64,000 nt of DNA from positions 40,548,001-40,612,000 of the forward strand of contig NC_042999.1 in assembly GCF_006345805.1 (NCBI RefSeq). Direction: 5' to 3'. The first letter of the stretch is position 1. Every line of letters starts with the position of its first letter. The position numbers and the translations under genes are program-made. This DNA is from Octopus sinensis. Taxonomy: Eukaryota. Below are positions 26,691-39,814 of the stretch, piece by piece. The notes beneath the pieces were generated by a model. It did not search any database, had not been told where the DNA came from, and saw only the letters and a program-made list of their open reading frames with translations.

Positions 26691-27948
26691 TTTATTTATT
26701 GTTTTTTTTTATATTCCGATATGGTCTCGAGGTCAGACACACATCCATTATTTCAATATTTAAGTCGGTGAGCTGTCAAACTCGTTAGCACTCCGGGCAA
26801 AATGCTTAGCAGTAATTCGTCCTTCATTACGTTCTGACTTCAAATTCCGCCGAGGTAGACTTTCATCCTTTCATCCTGGAGACGATGTAATCGACGACCC
26901 GCTCCCACCAAATTTCAGGCCTTATAGTAGAAAGGATTATTTCAATATTTGCACAACAACACTTTGGTTTGTTCCTCTTTTGAGAGTTTTATCCTTTTGT
27001 CTGAAACAGCATATTGGTGGAATCATTGTCACTGCTAGTGTTACTGCACGTGTGGTTTCAAACCGGTGTGTAACAGAGTGCAGTATACAATAATAACAGA
27101 ACTGTATAATGCAATGTAGGGCCTTGCGTGGTTATCACAATCGTTCTTTTTCAAAAGACTGCCAGCTTCTGCACGAAATGATACAGCTTGTTTCAAATTT
27201 CTATTAGTATTCTATCCCCATGTTGGTTATTTGAATCCTTCCATTCATACTGAAACCTTGCTTTTGCTCTTATTGGACCGTGAGTGTGTGAAGAAGATAA
27301 TAAAAAAAATGTAATGTTTGTAATATCATTACTATGACTACAGTCATGATTTATATATATTTTTTTGTTGCTCCTGCTGTTTTTATTCCTTATTTGTTAG
27401 TTTTAGAATTATGTGTATCCTTGTTTATTCCTTCTTTTCTTATTGCCCCTTTTCTTTCTCATGATGGTGAGGATGGCTATCCATTCCGTTGACGCTAGAA
27501 ATGCTATTTCAATTCCAACGTTCTTTTGTTGTTGTCGTTGTTATTACTATTTCTTTTGTCGTTATTGTTGTTGCTATTGATAATATTGACGCTGCTAATT
27601 CCCAATATTCCATATTGTGTCCTGATACTTTTTTTTTTTTCCAGAGTAGGCATTTCCGGTTTGTGTTGTGTATGTGCGTGCGAACCCGACTGACTGAGGA
27701 AATATAAATGTGCGAATGTGTTTGTATATGTATTATTACGAATGCCAATATCTGTAAAAATTGACAAATCGCGCACCTATTTCTTAGCTTCTTTTTTTTT
27801 ATAGATGTTTGGATATTTCATTTAGTTGCACTGCAGCTTATACTACTGCTGGGCTGCCGTATTAATTGCTACAACTGTGTCATCGTTATCGTTGCTATTT
27901 TAGTAAGATCGTATTACTGTGGTAAATGTTGGAGTTAATGTCCATTCA

Positions 27949-28337
27949 GTGGAGACGCAATGGCCCAGTGGTTAGGGCAGTGGACTCGCGGTCGTAGGAT
28001 CGCGGTTTCGATTCCCAGACCGGGCGTTGTGAGTGTTTATTGAGCGAAAACACCTAATGTTCCACGAGGCTCCGGCAGGGGATGATGGTGATCCCTGCTG
28101 TACTCTTTCACCACAACTTTCTCTCACTCTTATTTCCTGTTTCTGTTGTACATGTATTTCAAGGGGCCGGCCTTGTCACTCTCTGTGTCACACTGAATAT
28201 CCCCGAGAACTACGTTAAGGGTACACGTGTCTGTGGAGTGCTCAGCCACTTACACGTTAATTTCACGAGCAGGCTGTTCCGTTGATTCGGATCAACCGGA
28301 ACCCTCGTCGTCGTAACCGACGGAGTGCTTCCATCCA
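27949..28337 (+). mobile_element. Family B tRNA-derived SINE, full length
   Basis: GTGGAGACGCAATGGCCCAGTGGTTAGGGCAG...GGTTTCGATTCCC; 14-bp TSD TTAATGTCCATTCA at 27935-27948 and 28338-28351. Confidence 0.93.
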
Positions 28338-29039
28338 TTAATGTCCATTCAACTGGTTGCAATTATGTCGCCTGAGTTCTTGTGTTTCAGACGACTGATA
28401 TGGCTGTTGATGTTGATACCATCGTTGTCGTTAATGCTACAACATCCACATGTAGTTATTTCATTTGTTGCCGCGTCTAGGGAGGGTCATTTAGCCAATA
28501 TTATTAATACACGCACTGGTTAAATTTCGATCCTTTATTCTAAGTTAGTTGGTTAAATATCCAACTAACTTAACATAATTTGGTTCAGCTGCTAGTCGTT
28601 TGCTTTGTTTTTTGTTTGTCAAAGGTCTTGATTTTGTTTCCCACGTCTTTAAATTATACCTACAGCCCCGAAGCTAGGCTGCGAATCGCCGGTTCTCTCT
28701 TTACTATACAGTGGCTACCACAGCACCAACCTCGTTGTGAAATTGGATCCTAGCAGCTTATCAGCTGGAGTACTCACCCTGCATATCCATTAGTTTGGTT
28801 TACCAGTGACCTAAACACTTCTGCATGCTTACATATATGTATATAGTTATAAACACACAAGCGTGAGTGTGTATGTGTTTGTGTATGTGTGTATGTGTGT
28901 GTGTGTGTGTGTGTGTGCGCATGCGTGTTCGTAGGTGCGCATATGCGTGTTAAATATTTAAAACACAATGCAATTCAAAATTTGTCCGTGTTTGTATTTT
29001 TGAGGTAACTTATTGTTAACATATTTGATACATTTGTTT

Positions 29040-29437
29040 CTTTATTGTCCACAAGGGACAGTTAATGTCCACAGAGGGGACAAACAAAGGGATTAAGCCG
29101 ATTGCATCGACCCCAGTGCGTAACTGGTACTTATTTTATCGACCCCGAAATGATGATTGATCATTGGTAAAATTAATAGAGATAAACAAGAGCAAACGGG
29201 AGACAGTCACAGGCATATTTCGGTCCCATTTGTTATCTAATAATCAATAAAAAAAAAACTACACTTTGCTGTATATCTAAAGTTGTGATGAAGGAATCGC
29301 AAACTAATGGGAAAGAAGTGAGGCTTTTGTTAACGCATTTACAGTATTTAGAATTGATTGAAAATTAAATAATTCAGAAAACTTCATTTCCATTATGTAT
29401 TAGATGTGTTCCTCCAATAACAAATTCCTTCTATCAC

Positions 29438-29478
<41 letters not shown>

Positions 29479-30130
29479 CCATCATCATAAAGCGGATAGC
29501 TGGTGGAGTCCTTAACATGCTTAGCAGCATATCTTTCAGGTTTATGTTCTGGGTTCAAATTCCACCGAGGTTTACTTTGCCTTTCATCCTTTCGGGGCTC
29601 TATAAAATACGTACCAGTAGTGGTCGCTATAATCGAGTAGTCTCTTCCCCAAAATCTTCAAGCTTTTTACCCGTTGTAAAAGTGTGTAAAAGAGTTAACA
29701 GAATCGTTAACACGTCAGACAAAATGTGTGGTGGCATTTCCTTCATCTTTACGTTCTGAGTTCAAATTCCACCGTGGTCGACTTTGCCTTTCATCTTATC
29801 AGTATCGATAAAAAAAAAGTCCAGTTGAGCACGATAGCCAAATGTAACCAATTCCTCCCCATACACACACACATGCACACACCTCACCCCACACGAAATT
29901 ACTAGCCTTGTGCTAAAATTTGAAACCACTATTATTACCTCAAGGTGGCAGAATTATTACCGCCTTGGACAAAATACTTAGTAGCCATATCTTCCGTCTT
30001 TATGGTCTGAGTTGAGTTCCGGCCAGTTCTTTTGGTGTCCGCTTTTCATTCTTTTGGTATCGAGAATATAAGTACCAGGGCTCAATGAAATCGACTTATA
30101 CCTTCCACTAAAATGAACACCCTTCTGCCA
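29040..30130. mobile_element. Cluster of degenerate family A SINEs (29040-29152 -, three + copies in 29490-30130)
   Basis: Repeated TTCTG(A/G)GTTCAAATTCCACC and TTTGCCTTTCATC motifs. Confidence 0.75.
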
Positions 30131-30550
30131 ACATCATTTGAAACACTTATTATTATTATTATTCTGTTTTTGGTTTTTCAACTGAGGCTTTGTTGAACTC
30201 TTGCATGCATAGAGGGCTTGCTACTTGCAGTCCACGTTACCGTGCTATCTGTTCTTTTCAACGATCAAGTACTCTTCTCGTGAGAGTGCTAAGGAAGCAA
30301 ACTGTTTTTTGTAATAGTTGTACTGGGCACGTTTTTCCGATTATTATTATCATTATTATTATTACTATTGTTGTTGTTATTTATTTTTTCTTTGAATCTA
30401 CAAGTTTGTTGCAATCATTTGCCGAGACATGCCCAGCATCCTGGGATGAGTGGAAGATAGAGATATTACAGTTTGGCTGAAAGGCTGTGGAGAGGAAATA
30501 ACAGGGGCAGTAACGAAATAGCTTCATGTAATGCAACACAGATATTTAAA

Positions 30551-31330
30551 TTGATAGGGATTTTCCAAGGATGTGAGCAGTACTTGTCAGCACAATCTTT
30601 TGAATTTCTTTGAGACGTGGTTCTCCTGGAATCTTATCTAGATGTCTCTGACATCCCTTTCTTATACCGAGAGCACCTACATTAATAGGAACAGTTCACG
30701 CTTAAGTTGTCACATCTTTTGTATTTCAATTTACAGGTTCTTACATCTAATTAATTTATTAAATTCCTTTACAGATATATTTTTATCAGTGGGAAAATTT
30801 ACATCTATTAGTCAACAAGTATTTCCTTCCCTGTCTTTAATGACTATGTCTGGTCGATTAGCCTGAATCGTTCCGTCAGTAATGACAGGAAAATTACAGA
30901 GGATGGTGATATTTTTAACTTCAACGTCTGGCTTAAGATGATATTCGTACCAGTAAGTAGGAGTGCTGATTTTGTAGTGTTTACATATTTTCCAATGTAA
31001 ACACTGTCGTATCCTAACGTGGTGAATTTTGCATTCGTTTCGTGACAGCACTGGACATCCCGAAACGAGCTGGTCCATTGTTTTGTCAAATGCGTCGCAG
31101 AATCTGCATTCAGGGTCAGAACCGTTTTGAAGAACGCTAGACTGGTAGTTTTTCACAAGTAAGCTCTGATCTTGTGCCGCCAATATGAAACCTTTAGTCT
31201 GCTTTCAGTCCTGAACTTCTCAGACATCGATGGGCTGTTTTTCGACTTCGAAGTATATACTGTCCATGCAGAAGCTTCTGGCTCCACCGTTCATCAGGTT
31301 CTTTCTGCTCGTTCGTTTTTGCAGTCTGCT
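30551..31330 (-). pseudogene. Older R4/Dong-clade fragment (CCHC plus RLE C-terminus)
   Basis: AAQDQSL...CRFCDAFDKTMDQLVSGCPVL...QANRPDIVIKD, then LIDVNFP and VGALG...STAHILGKSLSI* in broken frames. Confidence 0.88.
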
Positions 31331-31448
31331 TCATCTGTTTTGCATCTTTTGTGCAGTGATTTCAGATCCCTCCACTATTTCATGGCTAATGTCAAGTTCC
31401 CTTGATAATTTGCTAGTGTCCCCAAGAATAGAATGTGATTGCTTCTGC

Positions 31449-31449
31449 A

Positions 31450-31510
<61 letters not shown>
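31449..31510. repeat. (TAA)n array at the 3' end of the Dong-like element
   Basis: About 20 perfect TTA units. Confidence 0.95.
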
Positions 31511-31513
<3 letters not shown>

Positions 31514-34500
31514 TAGTTTTATTTTTATAGCGTGCTTTCACTTCACTACCGAGCGCAGCTCTGTGTGCCTTGGGTATGTGCTGTGATTTGTTATGATGCT
31601 CTGATGGTTATTGTATGGAAAGTGTTCTGCGTAGGATGTGTGCAGTGCCTAGTAGTGCAATTTTCTGTATGTTATATGTGTTTGTAAGTCCTGGTGTTTT
31701 TGTTATGTATTTGTCTGAATATTTTTTTATCATGCCTAATGCACCTACTATGATAGGAATTGTTTCTGTTTTCAGGTTCCACATTCTAGTTACCTCTATT
31801 TCCAGGTCTTTGTATTTTGAGAGTTTCTCCATTTCTTTTAGAGACACGTTGTCATCTGCCGGTATTGATACATCAATTAGAAAGCATTTTTTTCTTCATG
31901 ATCTCTGACAACTATATCTGGTCTGTTGGCCTTAATTTCTCTATCTGTGTGTATCGGCATATCCCAGAGTATGGTTGCTTTCTCGTTTTCTGTGACCTTT
32001 TCTGGTGTGTGCCTATACCATCTTTTTTCTGTTGTTATTCCATAATGTTGGCATAGCTTCCAATGTATGTAGGTTCCAACTCTGTCATGTCTGTGAATAT
32101 ATTCCTTCTTAGCCAGGACTGGGCAGCTAGAGATAATATGATTTATTGTTTCTTGTCCATCTCCACATATTCTGCAGTTACTTGTAATATTTCTTTTCAT
32201 TACATGTTTTTGGTAATTTCTGGTGGGAAGGCTTTGGTCTTGTGCTGCAATTAAAAATCCCTCTGTTTCTGCTTTGAGTCCTGAGCTTCTCAACAATTGC
32301 TGGGATTTTTCTTTGTCTATTTCTTTTGCGTTTAGTTTAGTCCAGTATTTACCATGAAGGGGCTTTTCTTGCCATCGTTTTATCATGGCTCGTTGCTGTT
32401 CTATTTTTAGTTTGGATTTCATTTTGTTGTTTCTTCATCTTCTTCTTCTTCTTCATGTTTATTAGGTGGTACGATTTCTTGTTTGTATTTGTCAGCTTCC
32501 TTAAATACTGAGAACAGTTTTTTGTTTTGCTCGTGTTTTGCCGCTATCTGGATCAGTTTTCCTTCCTTCTGAAGTAGATATTTTTGCAGTCCTATGGTGG
32601 TTATTTTATAGTAGTTTTCCAGCTGTATAAGGCCTCTACCACCTTCTATACGTTGTATATATAGTCTTTCTATGTCAGATTTGGGTGATGCATCCTAGAT
32701 GCTGTCAGTGTTTTTCTTGTTTTCCTATCTATTTTGGTCAGTTCATTTCGTGTCCAGTTAAGGATATTGTAGCTGTAACTTATAACTGGGACAGCTAAAG
32801 TGTTGATACCTATTATCTTGTTTTAGCATTGAGCTCTGTTTTTAGTTTTGATCTAACTCGTCTATAATATTCTATTTTTTTTTCTCTTTCATTTGTGTGT
32901 TGTTGTGTCTTATCTAGTTCATGGATTCCTAAGTATTTGTAAGTTTGGCTTTGGTCTAATTCTTTTATTTCATTGGTTTATCTAGTGTGATGTTGTTACT
33001 CTTAACTAGTTTTCCTCTTTTCATGGTTACTTTGGCGCATTTTTCTAATCCAAATTTCATATCTATTTCTTTGGTAAATCCATGAACTGTCTTTCATAGT
33101 GTTTCCAGCTGTTTGTCATTTGCAGCGTATAGTTTTAGGTCATCCATATATAAAAGGTGGCTGATCGTTTTGCCGTAACATTTATATCCTCCTCCAGTTC
33201 TATTTAGCATATCAGATAGAGGTGACAGTGCCAAGCAGAAAAGGAGTGGAGAGAGCGTGTCTCCCTGGAATATTCCTCTTCTAATGGGGATGTCTTTGGT
33301 TTTCATGAGTCCCTCTTGTTTGGAGGTGTAGGACTGTTTGCCATTTATTCATAGAGTGCTCTATGATTTTATGATTGTTGGTGCTACTTTGTTAATGGCT
33401 AGGTTTCGAGGATCCATGTGTGGGGGATGCTATCAAACGCCTTTTGTAGTCAATCCAGGCCATACTGAGGCCTTTCTTCTTTTTGTGGCTGTCTTCAGTA
33501 CGGCTTTATTAATCATTAGTTGATCTTTACAGCCATATGAGCCCTTGCGGCATCCTTTCTGCTCTTCTGGGAACAGTTTGTTTTCGTCCAGGTGCTTGTT
33601 CAGCCTTTGCGATATCACTGCAGTAAATGCCTTGAACATAGTAGGGAGGCAGGTTATTGGTCTGTAGTTTTCTGGTTGTTGTTTCATTTGATTTGGGAAT
33701 TAAGATGGTTTCCCCTTCGTGAGCCATTCAGGCATTGTCTCTGGCTCTGCTAGTATGCTGTTAAAGTTTTCAGCCAGCTTTTTGTGCATTCCTGTTAGAT
33801 ATTTCAACCAGAAGTTGGGGATCTTGTCATGCCCAGGTGCCTTCCAGTTGCTTAGTTTTTGCAGTGCCTGGGTGACCTCTTCAGTTGTTATGGGGGTCCA
33901 AGGTTGTTCAGATGCCGAGTTTGTTATTTTCATACTCCTTTTTTTTGGCTGTTCGTTCGCCGACCATATTTCTCTCCAGAATTCTTCCAATTCTTCTGCC
34001 GTTGGTGCTGCAGTGACTTCTATTTTATTTTTGCCCAGTTCTTGGTAGAACTTTTTGGGGTCGGAGTTGAACTTTTTGTTCTGTTCAAAGAAGCGTTGGC
34101 GTTTCTCGTACGGCAGATCCTTTGAGCTTTGGCAAGGATATCTTGCTTCAGCTTTTCTTTTATCTCCGGCAAATCTTTTTCTGTGATGTTATATTTGCGG
34201 AGCATTTTTGTTCTCTTTTTGTTGCTCAGTAGCGTTGCTTGTTTGCTGATTTCATTAAGAATCGACAGGTTTTTCTAATTTTTTTATTTTGTTTTGGATG
34301 TTATTTATCCACAGGGTTTGTTTGGGTGATGGTACTCCTGTTTGGGCGGGTTTGGGTGAGTATCCAGCTTCTTTTGTGGCTGCAGTGGCTGCAGCGTATA
34401 TCAAGTCATTAGTCATTGTTCAGTGATATCACTTTTTTTTGTTTCAGTGGCTAGTTCAGTGACGGCTAGGTTATGTTGTTTATAATTGGTGTTGTTATTG

Positions 34501-35523
34501 CGTTTATTTTTATTCTTGGGAGGTATGGTCGGTGGTCCATTTTGGGCTCTGTGGTTTTCAGTTGTTTGATTATTTTATTTTTATATTATCATAATCATTA
34601 GGCTCCCCTTCGTTGTTTACATCGTGTTTGTTGGGAATGTTGCGTTTGTCTTCGTGTTTTACAGTTTCAGTGTTTATATTATTGGACATTGTTGTGGGCT
34701 TCTATCTACATTTTCCTGGTGGTTTTTTCTTTTAAATGTTCTATTTCTATTTCTGATATTTTTTTGGCTTTGAGAATGTATCTTCGTACGTTAGCTAATT
34801 TATTAGGGTTCATTGCTGTATCAAGTCTATATCTCTATTATTTTCCTTCCATATTTTATATGTATGTGTTGTTGTATTTTCATTTTGTGGGTAGAGCATT
34901 GCTGTGAAGTATGCGTGTAAGATAGAAATGTATTCCTCACGTGTCCATTTACGTCTTTTGGGTTTTAATTGCGGGACATGAGGTACAACGTCCGGCCCAT
35001 TATTTTGACGGTCGTCATTTTCGTAGGGTACCGGTCCGTTTATTTATGTTGTCACATTATTTCGCACGTGTAGTTTTTCGTACATTTTTTGTTGTAGGTT
35101 TAATGTACGTACCGCTCGATTGTTATTCTTGGGTTGAATATATATCGGTGGCATTTAATTTCTTCGTAGTTCCTTTGTACATGGTGTTTGAGGTCGGGGA
35201 TGATCGTGTTGTTCCACGCATGTTTACATGTGTTGTGTTAGAGGTGGAGATAATATCGAGTCAAAATACATCATTTCGTTTCGAAAATAGTAATAAATTT
35301 CAATTAGTATTACTTACTCGGATATAGTCCAATTCTTTGTTAGTAAATCTTTGGCTCCATAGGGTGTCCTTGTTTTCGATGTTTGTGGATAGATTTCGGA
35401 GCTCTGTATTTTCCTTCTTACATCTTAAACGTCCCCGGTGTCTCTCGGGTGTCCTTGTTTTCGATGTTTGTGGATAGATTTCGGAGCTCTGTATTTTCCT
35501 TCTTACATCTTAAACGTTCCCGG

Positions 35524-35526
<3 letters not shown>
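31511..35526 (-). mobile_element. Apparently full-length R4/Dong-clade non-LTR retrotransposon (single ORF, frameshifted in this sequence)
   Basis: N-terminal KRRKWTREEY motif (about 34950); RT with KAPGHDKIPNFWLK, YRPITCLPT, IFQGDTLSPLLF, HLLYMDDLKLY; knuckle CRICGDGQETINHIISSC; RLE RPDIVV / LIDVSIP...EKLSKYKDL; stop at 31608; (TAA)n on both sides. Confidence 0.95.
35362..35526. repeat. 80-bp direct repeat (85-bp period) at the 5' end of the Dong-like element
   Basis: 35362-35441 and 35447-35526 differ at one base. Confidence 0.95.
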
Positions 35527-35580
<54 letters not shown>

Positions 35581-35651
35581 CAATATTAATATTATCTTCA
35601 TCATCACTATCATCATCATCATCATCATCATCATCGTCGTCATTACTACTA

Positions 35652-36060
35652 GGCGGTGAGCTGGTAGAATCGTTAGCACATCGGGCGAAATGCTTAGCGG
35701 CATTTCGTCTGCCGCTCCGTTCTGAGTTCAAATTCGGCCGAACTCGACTTTGCTTTTCATCCTTTCGGGGTCGATAAATTAAGTACCAGTTACGCACTGG
35801 GGTCGATATAATCAACTTAATCCCTTTGTCTGTCCATGTTGTCCCCTATGTGTTTAGCCCCTTGTGGGTAGTAAAGAAATAGGTATTTCGTCTGCCGCTA
35901 TGTTCAGAATTCAAATTCCACCACGGTCATATTTAGCTTTCATCCTTTTGGGGTCGATAAATTAAGTACCAGTTGAGTACGGGTGTCGATGTGATAGACC
36001 GTCCTTCTCCCCACCAAAATCCAAGCCTTGTACCTATTGTAGAAAGGATTATTATTATTA
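35652..36060 (+). mobile_element. Family A SINE dimer with monomer-type tail
   Basis: GGCGGTGAGCTGGTAGAATCGTTAGCAC head, unit, partial unit, tail ...GTAGAAAGGATTATTATT. Confidence 0.9.
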
Positions 36061-36107
36061 GTAGTAGTAGTAGTAGTTGTATTATTATTATTATTATTAT
36101 TATCATT

Positions 36108-36607
36108 AAGTGAGCGAGCAGTGCATGCCATCAAAGTGACACTGGGGTAAAATATACGAAGCCCAGTATACCCATCATGACTACCCGTTTGATAAGTGTA
36201 CACCAGGCACATGAATCACAACCATATGTGCGCGACATGGTGATCTCATATCAAAATAAACAGCGCATGACCTTGCAGATGGGGCCCAGTTAGAATTTTC
36301 TTCTGGTCGAGTAGCCCATCCCGCACAAAAGTTCCCTGAATAAGGGTTGTTTAAGGATGTTGAACGAAACAACCATGTTTCCAGAGGTGAATTATTCAAA
36401 CCCCAAAGAATCCCACTCAACACCTGGCTATGATGCTCCCCCACTACTTCTGCTCGTGATCAGAGAGGCACGTATCGTCAGCCATGAAAGAACATGGTCA
36501 ACTGGCTGAGTCAAACAACTAACAAGCAAATCTGTGGTATTGAGCAGAATATTTGCTGTAGCCCATCTTTTATACCAAGACAAAACAATGTACATGATAA
36601 CACTTTC
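36108..36607 (-). other. ~500-bp complex-sequence insert between two (TAA)n arrays; probable unclassified retro-insert
   Basis: Sharp boundaries with (ATT)n at 36080-36107 and 36608-36795; no recognisable ORF. Strand is inferred from the TAA orientation. Confidence 0.4.
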
Positions 36608-36626
36608 AATTATTATTATTATTATC

Positions 36627-36684
<58 letters not shown>

Positions 36685-36690
36685 GTTATT

Positions 36691-36794
<104 letters not shown>

Positions 36795-37636
36795 GTGAGA
36801 CTTATGGCTGACATCCCTATTTCACAACCAGCACCCTGGGGCCGAAAAAAAGAAAGTACTACTCCAGCACCGGAATCAATAAAATCGGTTATACATTCCG
36901 CCAAAGAAGACACACTTGACCCAAGGTTAAAACCCCACATTTTTCTTGATTATTAGATATGTTTCTGTTGTAGTTAACAAATTTTGCTTACACCCTGCTG
37001 ATCTCGACCGGACAGATCCGTGATCAAAAGCGTTTCATTTATGACAGTGGAAGTATGTATTTTCACCCGTTTTCTCATGCGACACACCGTTTATATCTCA
37101 GGCAAGTTTCCTTTCCTTGTGCAAGACAATAAATAGTGTGTGATCTGGAAGGGATTTGAGCGTTATCTGTAACAGATCAAGCGACCACATGAAGTGTCGG
37201 CGATGGCGCTGACGTTGGAGTTCATGTTCGTATGAATGGTTTTAATATTGTTGTTCTCAGCGATGGAAATGGTACTGGTGAAGGAGACTTGGCAGCGTGT
37301 GTCCTAATTTGTTTCCTAATACTTAAATGGATACTACATTATTAATTGCTGTCAAAAGAATCTAAAACAATAATATAATTCCTGCTAGGCAAAAACAAAT
37401 GAAGTCATTATTCACAATATTTTTTTTTCCTTCGGAATCTCTCGATATTATAAACGCTGGCGTTCATGAAAGACAAACTGTGAGTTATGTAGCGGTATGA
37501 GCGATTCCTCAATACATATATGTGTATGTATATATGCGTCTAGGTGTGTGTGTGTATATATATATATAGAGAGAGAGACTCACGCACAGAAACACACACA
37601 CACACACACACCGACACACACACACTCATGTGTATG

Positions 37637-37683
<47 letters not shown>

Positions 37684-37825
37684 ATACATACATACATACA
37701 TACATATATAAAGATATATTAAAACATGTATAAATATATATGCGCGTTATGTGTGTCAATATGTGTGTGTATTTGTGTATTTACGTGTGTATGTTTCTGT
37801 AGTTGCATATATCTGTGCGCACGTA

Positions 37826-37896
<71 letters not shown>

Positions 37897-37902
37897 TAGA
37901 TG

Positions 37903-37998
<96 letters not shown>

Positions 37999-38072
37999 TA
38001 CATACACACACACTTTTTGTGTATCTATATTCATCAACGTCCGTATTTCTATGTGCGTATATGTATGTGTCT

Positions 38073-38116
<44 letters not shown>

Positions 38117-38711
38117 TAGAGCATGTATGCGTGTGTGTATGTGTATATACGTGTGTGTGTATGTGTGTGTATGAGTGTGTGTATCTGTTAGTCGTTAAGT
38201 GTAAACATAAACTATTTTAATAATTAACATGGTAGTACACTTTGTTGTCATTGCCGTCCAAAATTCTGACGTTTATTCGATGTCTTGCAGCGCTGACTTG
38301 CGTTCTCATTAGTGTGGCCAAAAGTGTTTTAACCTAGTCGTATTACTTTTCATAGTTAAGTGGTGCAGTTAAAAACCATCGTCTTCAACCCTGAGACAAC
38401 ATGTGTGTGAATTAAGTAAAACCTGTCAGTCCACGTGAACCATTATTTGTGAATAGAAGTTCTTAATCTTTTTAGTTAACAGTTAGAATATATTATTCTA
38501 TATGTTTGTATTTACAGTTCCTCTGAGAATGAAGCAGAGGAAGAGAGATAGATTATAATCTTTTCTAATCTAGGCACAAGGCCCGAATCTTTGGTGGTGG
38601 GGACTAGTCGATTAGATCGACCCCAGTACGCAGAATATAATGTTGTTGGTCGGGATTTGGGCAAGTAAGCGTTGAAAGAATTGGCGCTGAATACCGGGGC
38701 AGTTTTGTGGG

Positions 38712-39093
38712 GCATGAATGTGGAAAGTGAGAGAGAGAGAGATGGAGGGAGGAAGAGAGAGATATATAGAGACAAACAGTCCGACTGACAGACAAGAGCA
38801 GAGAGAGAGAAAACGAGAGAGGGAGAGAGGAAGACATACAGTCAGACATACAGACAAGGACACAGTGAGTGAAAGCGAGAGAGAGGGGGAAGACATAGAG
38901 ACAGACAGACTATCCGATAGATAGAAAGAAAAAGAGAGAGAGAAAGTGAGAGAGAGGGAGAGAGAGGGAGGCATACAAACAGACAACAGACAGTACGACA
39001 GACAGACTAGGACACAGAGAGAGAAAGCAAGAGAGAGAGAGGGTGACATGCATACAGACAGACAAATAGACAAAGACACGAGAGAAAAAGCTT

Positions 39094-39127
<34 letters not shown>

Positions 39128-39783
39128 CGGAGACATATATACAGACAGACAAACAGATATCCGACAGACAGACAAGGACACAGAAAGCGAGAGCGAGCGG
39201 GAGACATACAGACAGACAAACAGACAGGCTGACAGACAGACAAGGACAGAGAGAGAGAGAAAGAGGTAAAGAGACTGACATACATACAGCCAACCAGACA
39301 GTCTAACAGAGAATCCGACAGATACACAAAGAGAGAGAGAGAGAGAGAGAGCAAGCGCGAGAGAGAGAGGGGGTAGACATATAGACAGACAGACAGTCCG
39401 ACAGACAGAGAAAGACAGAGAGAGAGAAAGAGAGAGAGAGACATACCGACAGACAAACAGTCTGACGGACAGAAAAAGACACAGAGAAAGTGTGAGAGAG
39501 AGAGAGAAGGGAGGGCGAGGCATACAGGCAGACAGACGAACAGATTGTCCGACAGACAGACAGACAGACAAGGACACAGAGTGAAAAAGCGAGAGAGAAA
39601 GAAAAGAAATAGGGAAGCATACAGACAAACTGACAGGCCGACAGACAGACAAGGACACACAGAGGGAAAGCGGGAGAGAGAGAGAGGGGGAGAATACAGA
39701 CAGACAAGGACAGAGAGAGAGAAAGGGAGAGAGAGGCATACATAAAGACAGACAGACAGTCCGACAGACAGACAAGGACTCGG

Positions 39784-39810
<27 letters not shown>
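38712..39810. repeat. Compound (GA)n/(GACA)n satellite with higher-order repeat
   Basis: Recurring (T)CCGACAGACAGACAAGGACACAGAGAGAAAG...GAGAGG..ACATACAGAC modules at irregular spacing of roughly 60-130 bp. Confidence 0.85.

Positions 39811-39814
<4 letters not shown>

Noticed and set aside
27949-28025. tRNA-like sequences at SINE heads (also about 2005, 26432, 57974, 58845)
   Set aside because: They continue into SINE bodies, several are TSD-flanked, and I could not fold a full cloverleaf acceptor stem; not called tRNA genes.
28711-28810. Possible small exon (plus acceptor at 28710, or minus donor GTGAGT at 28776)
   Set aside because: The plus frames hit stops without a good donor; the minus candidate lacks a pyrimidine tract; no homology.
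38612-39775. 387-aa minus-strand ORF
   Set aside because: It lies wholly within the GA/GACA satellite; Leu/Ser/Val/Cys low complexity.
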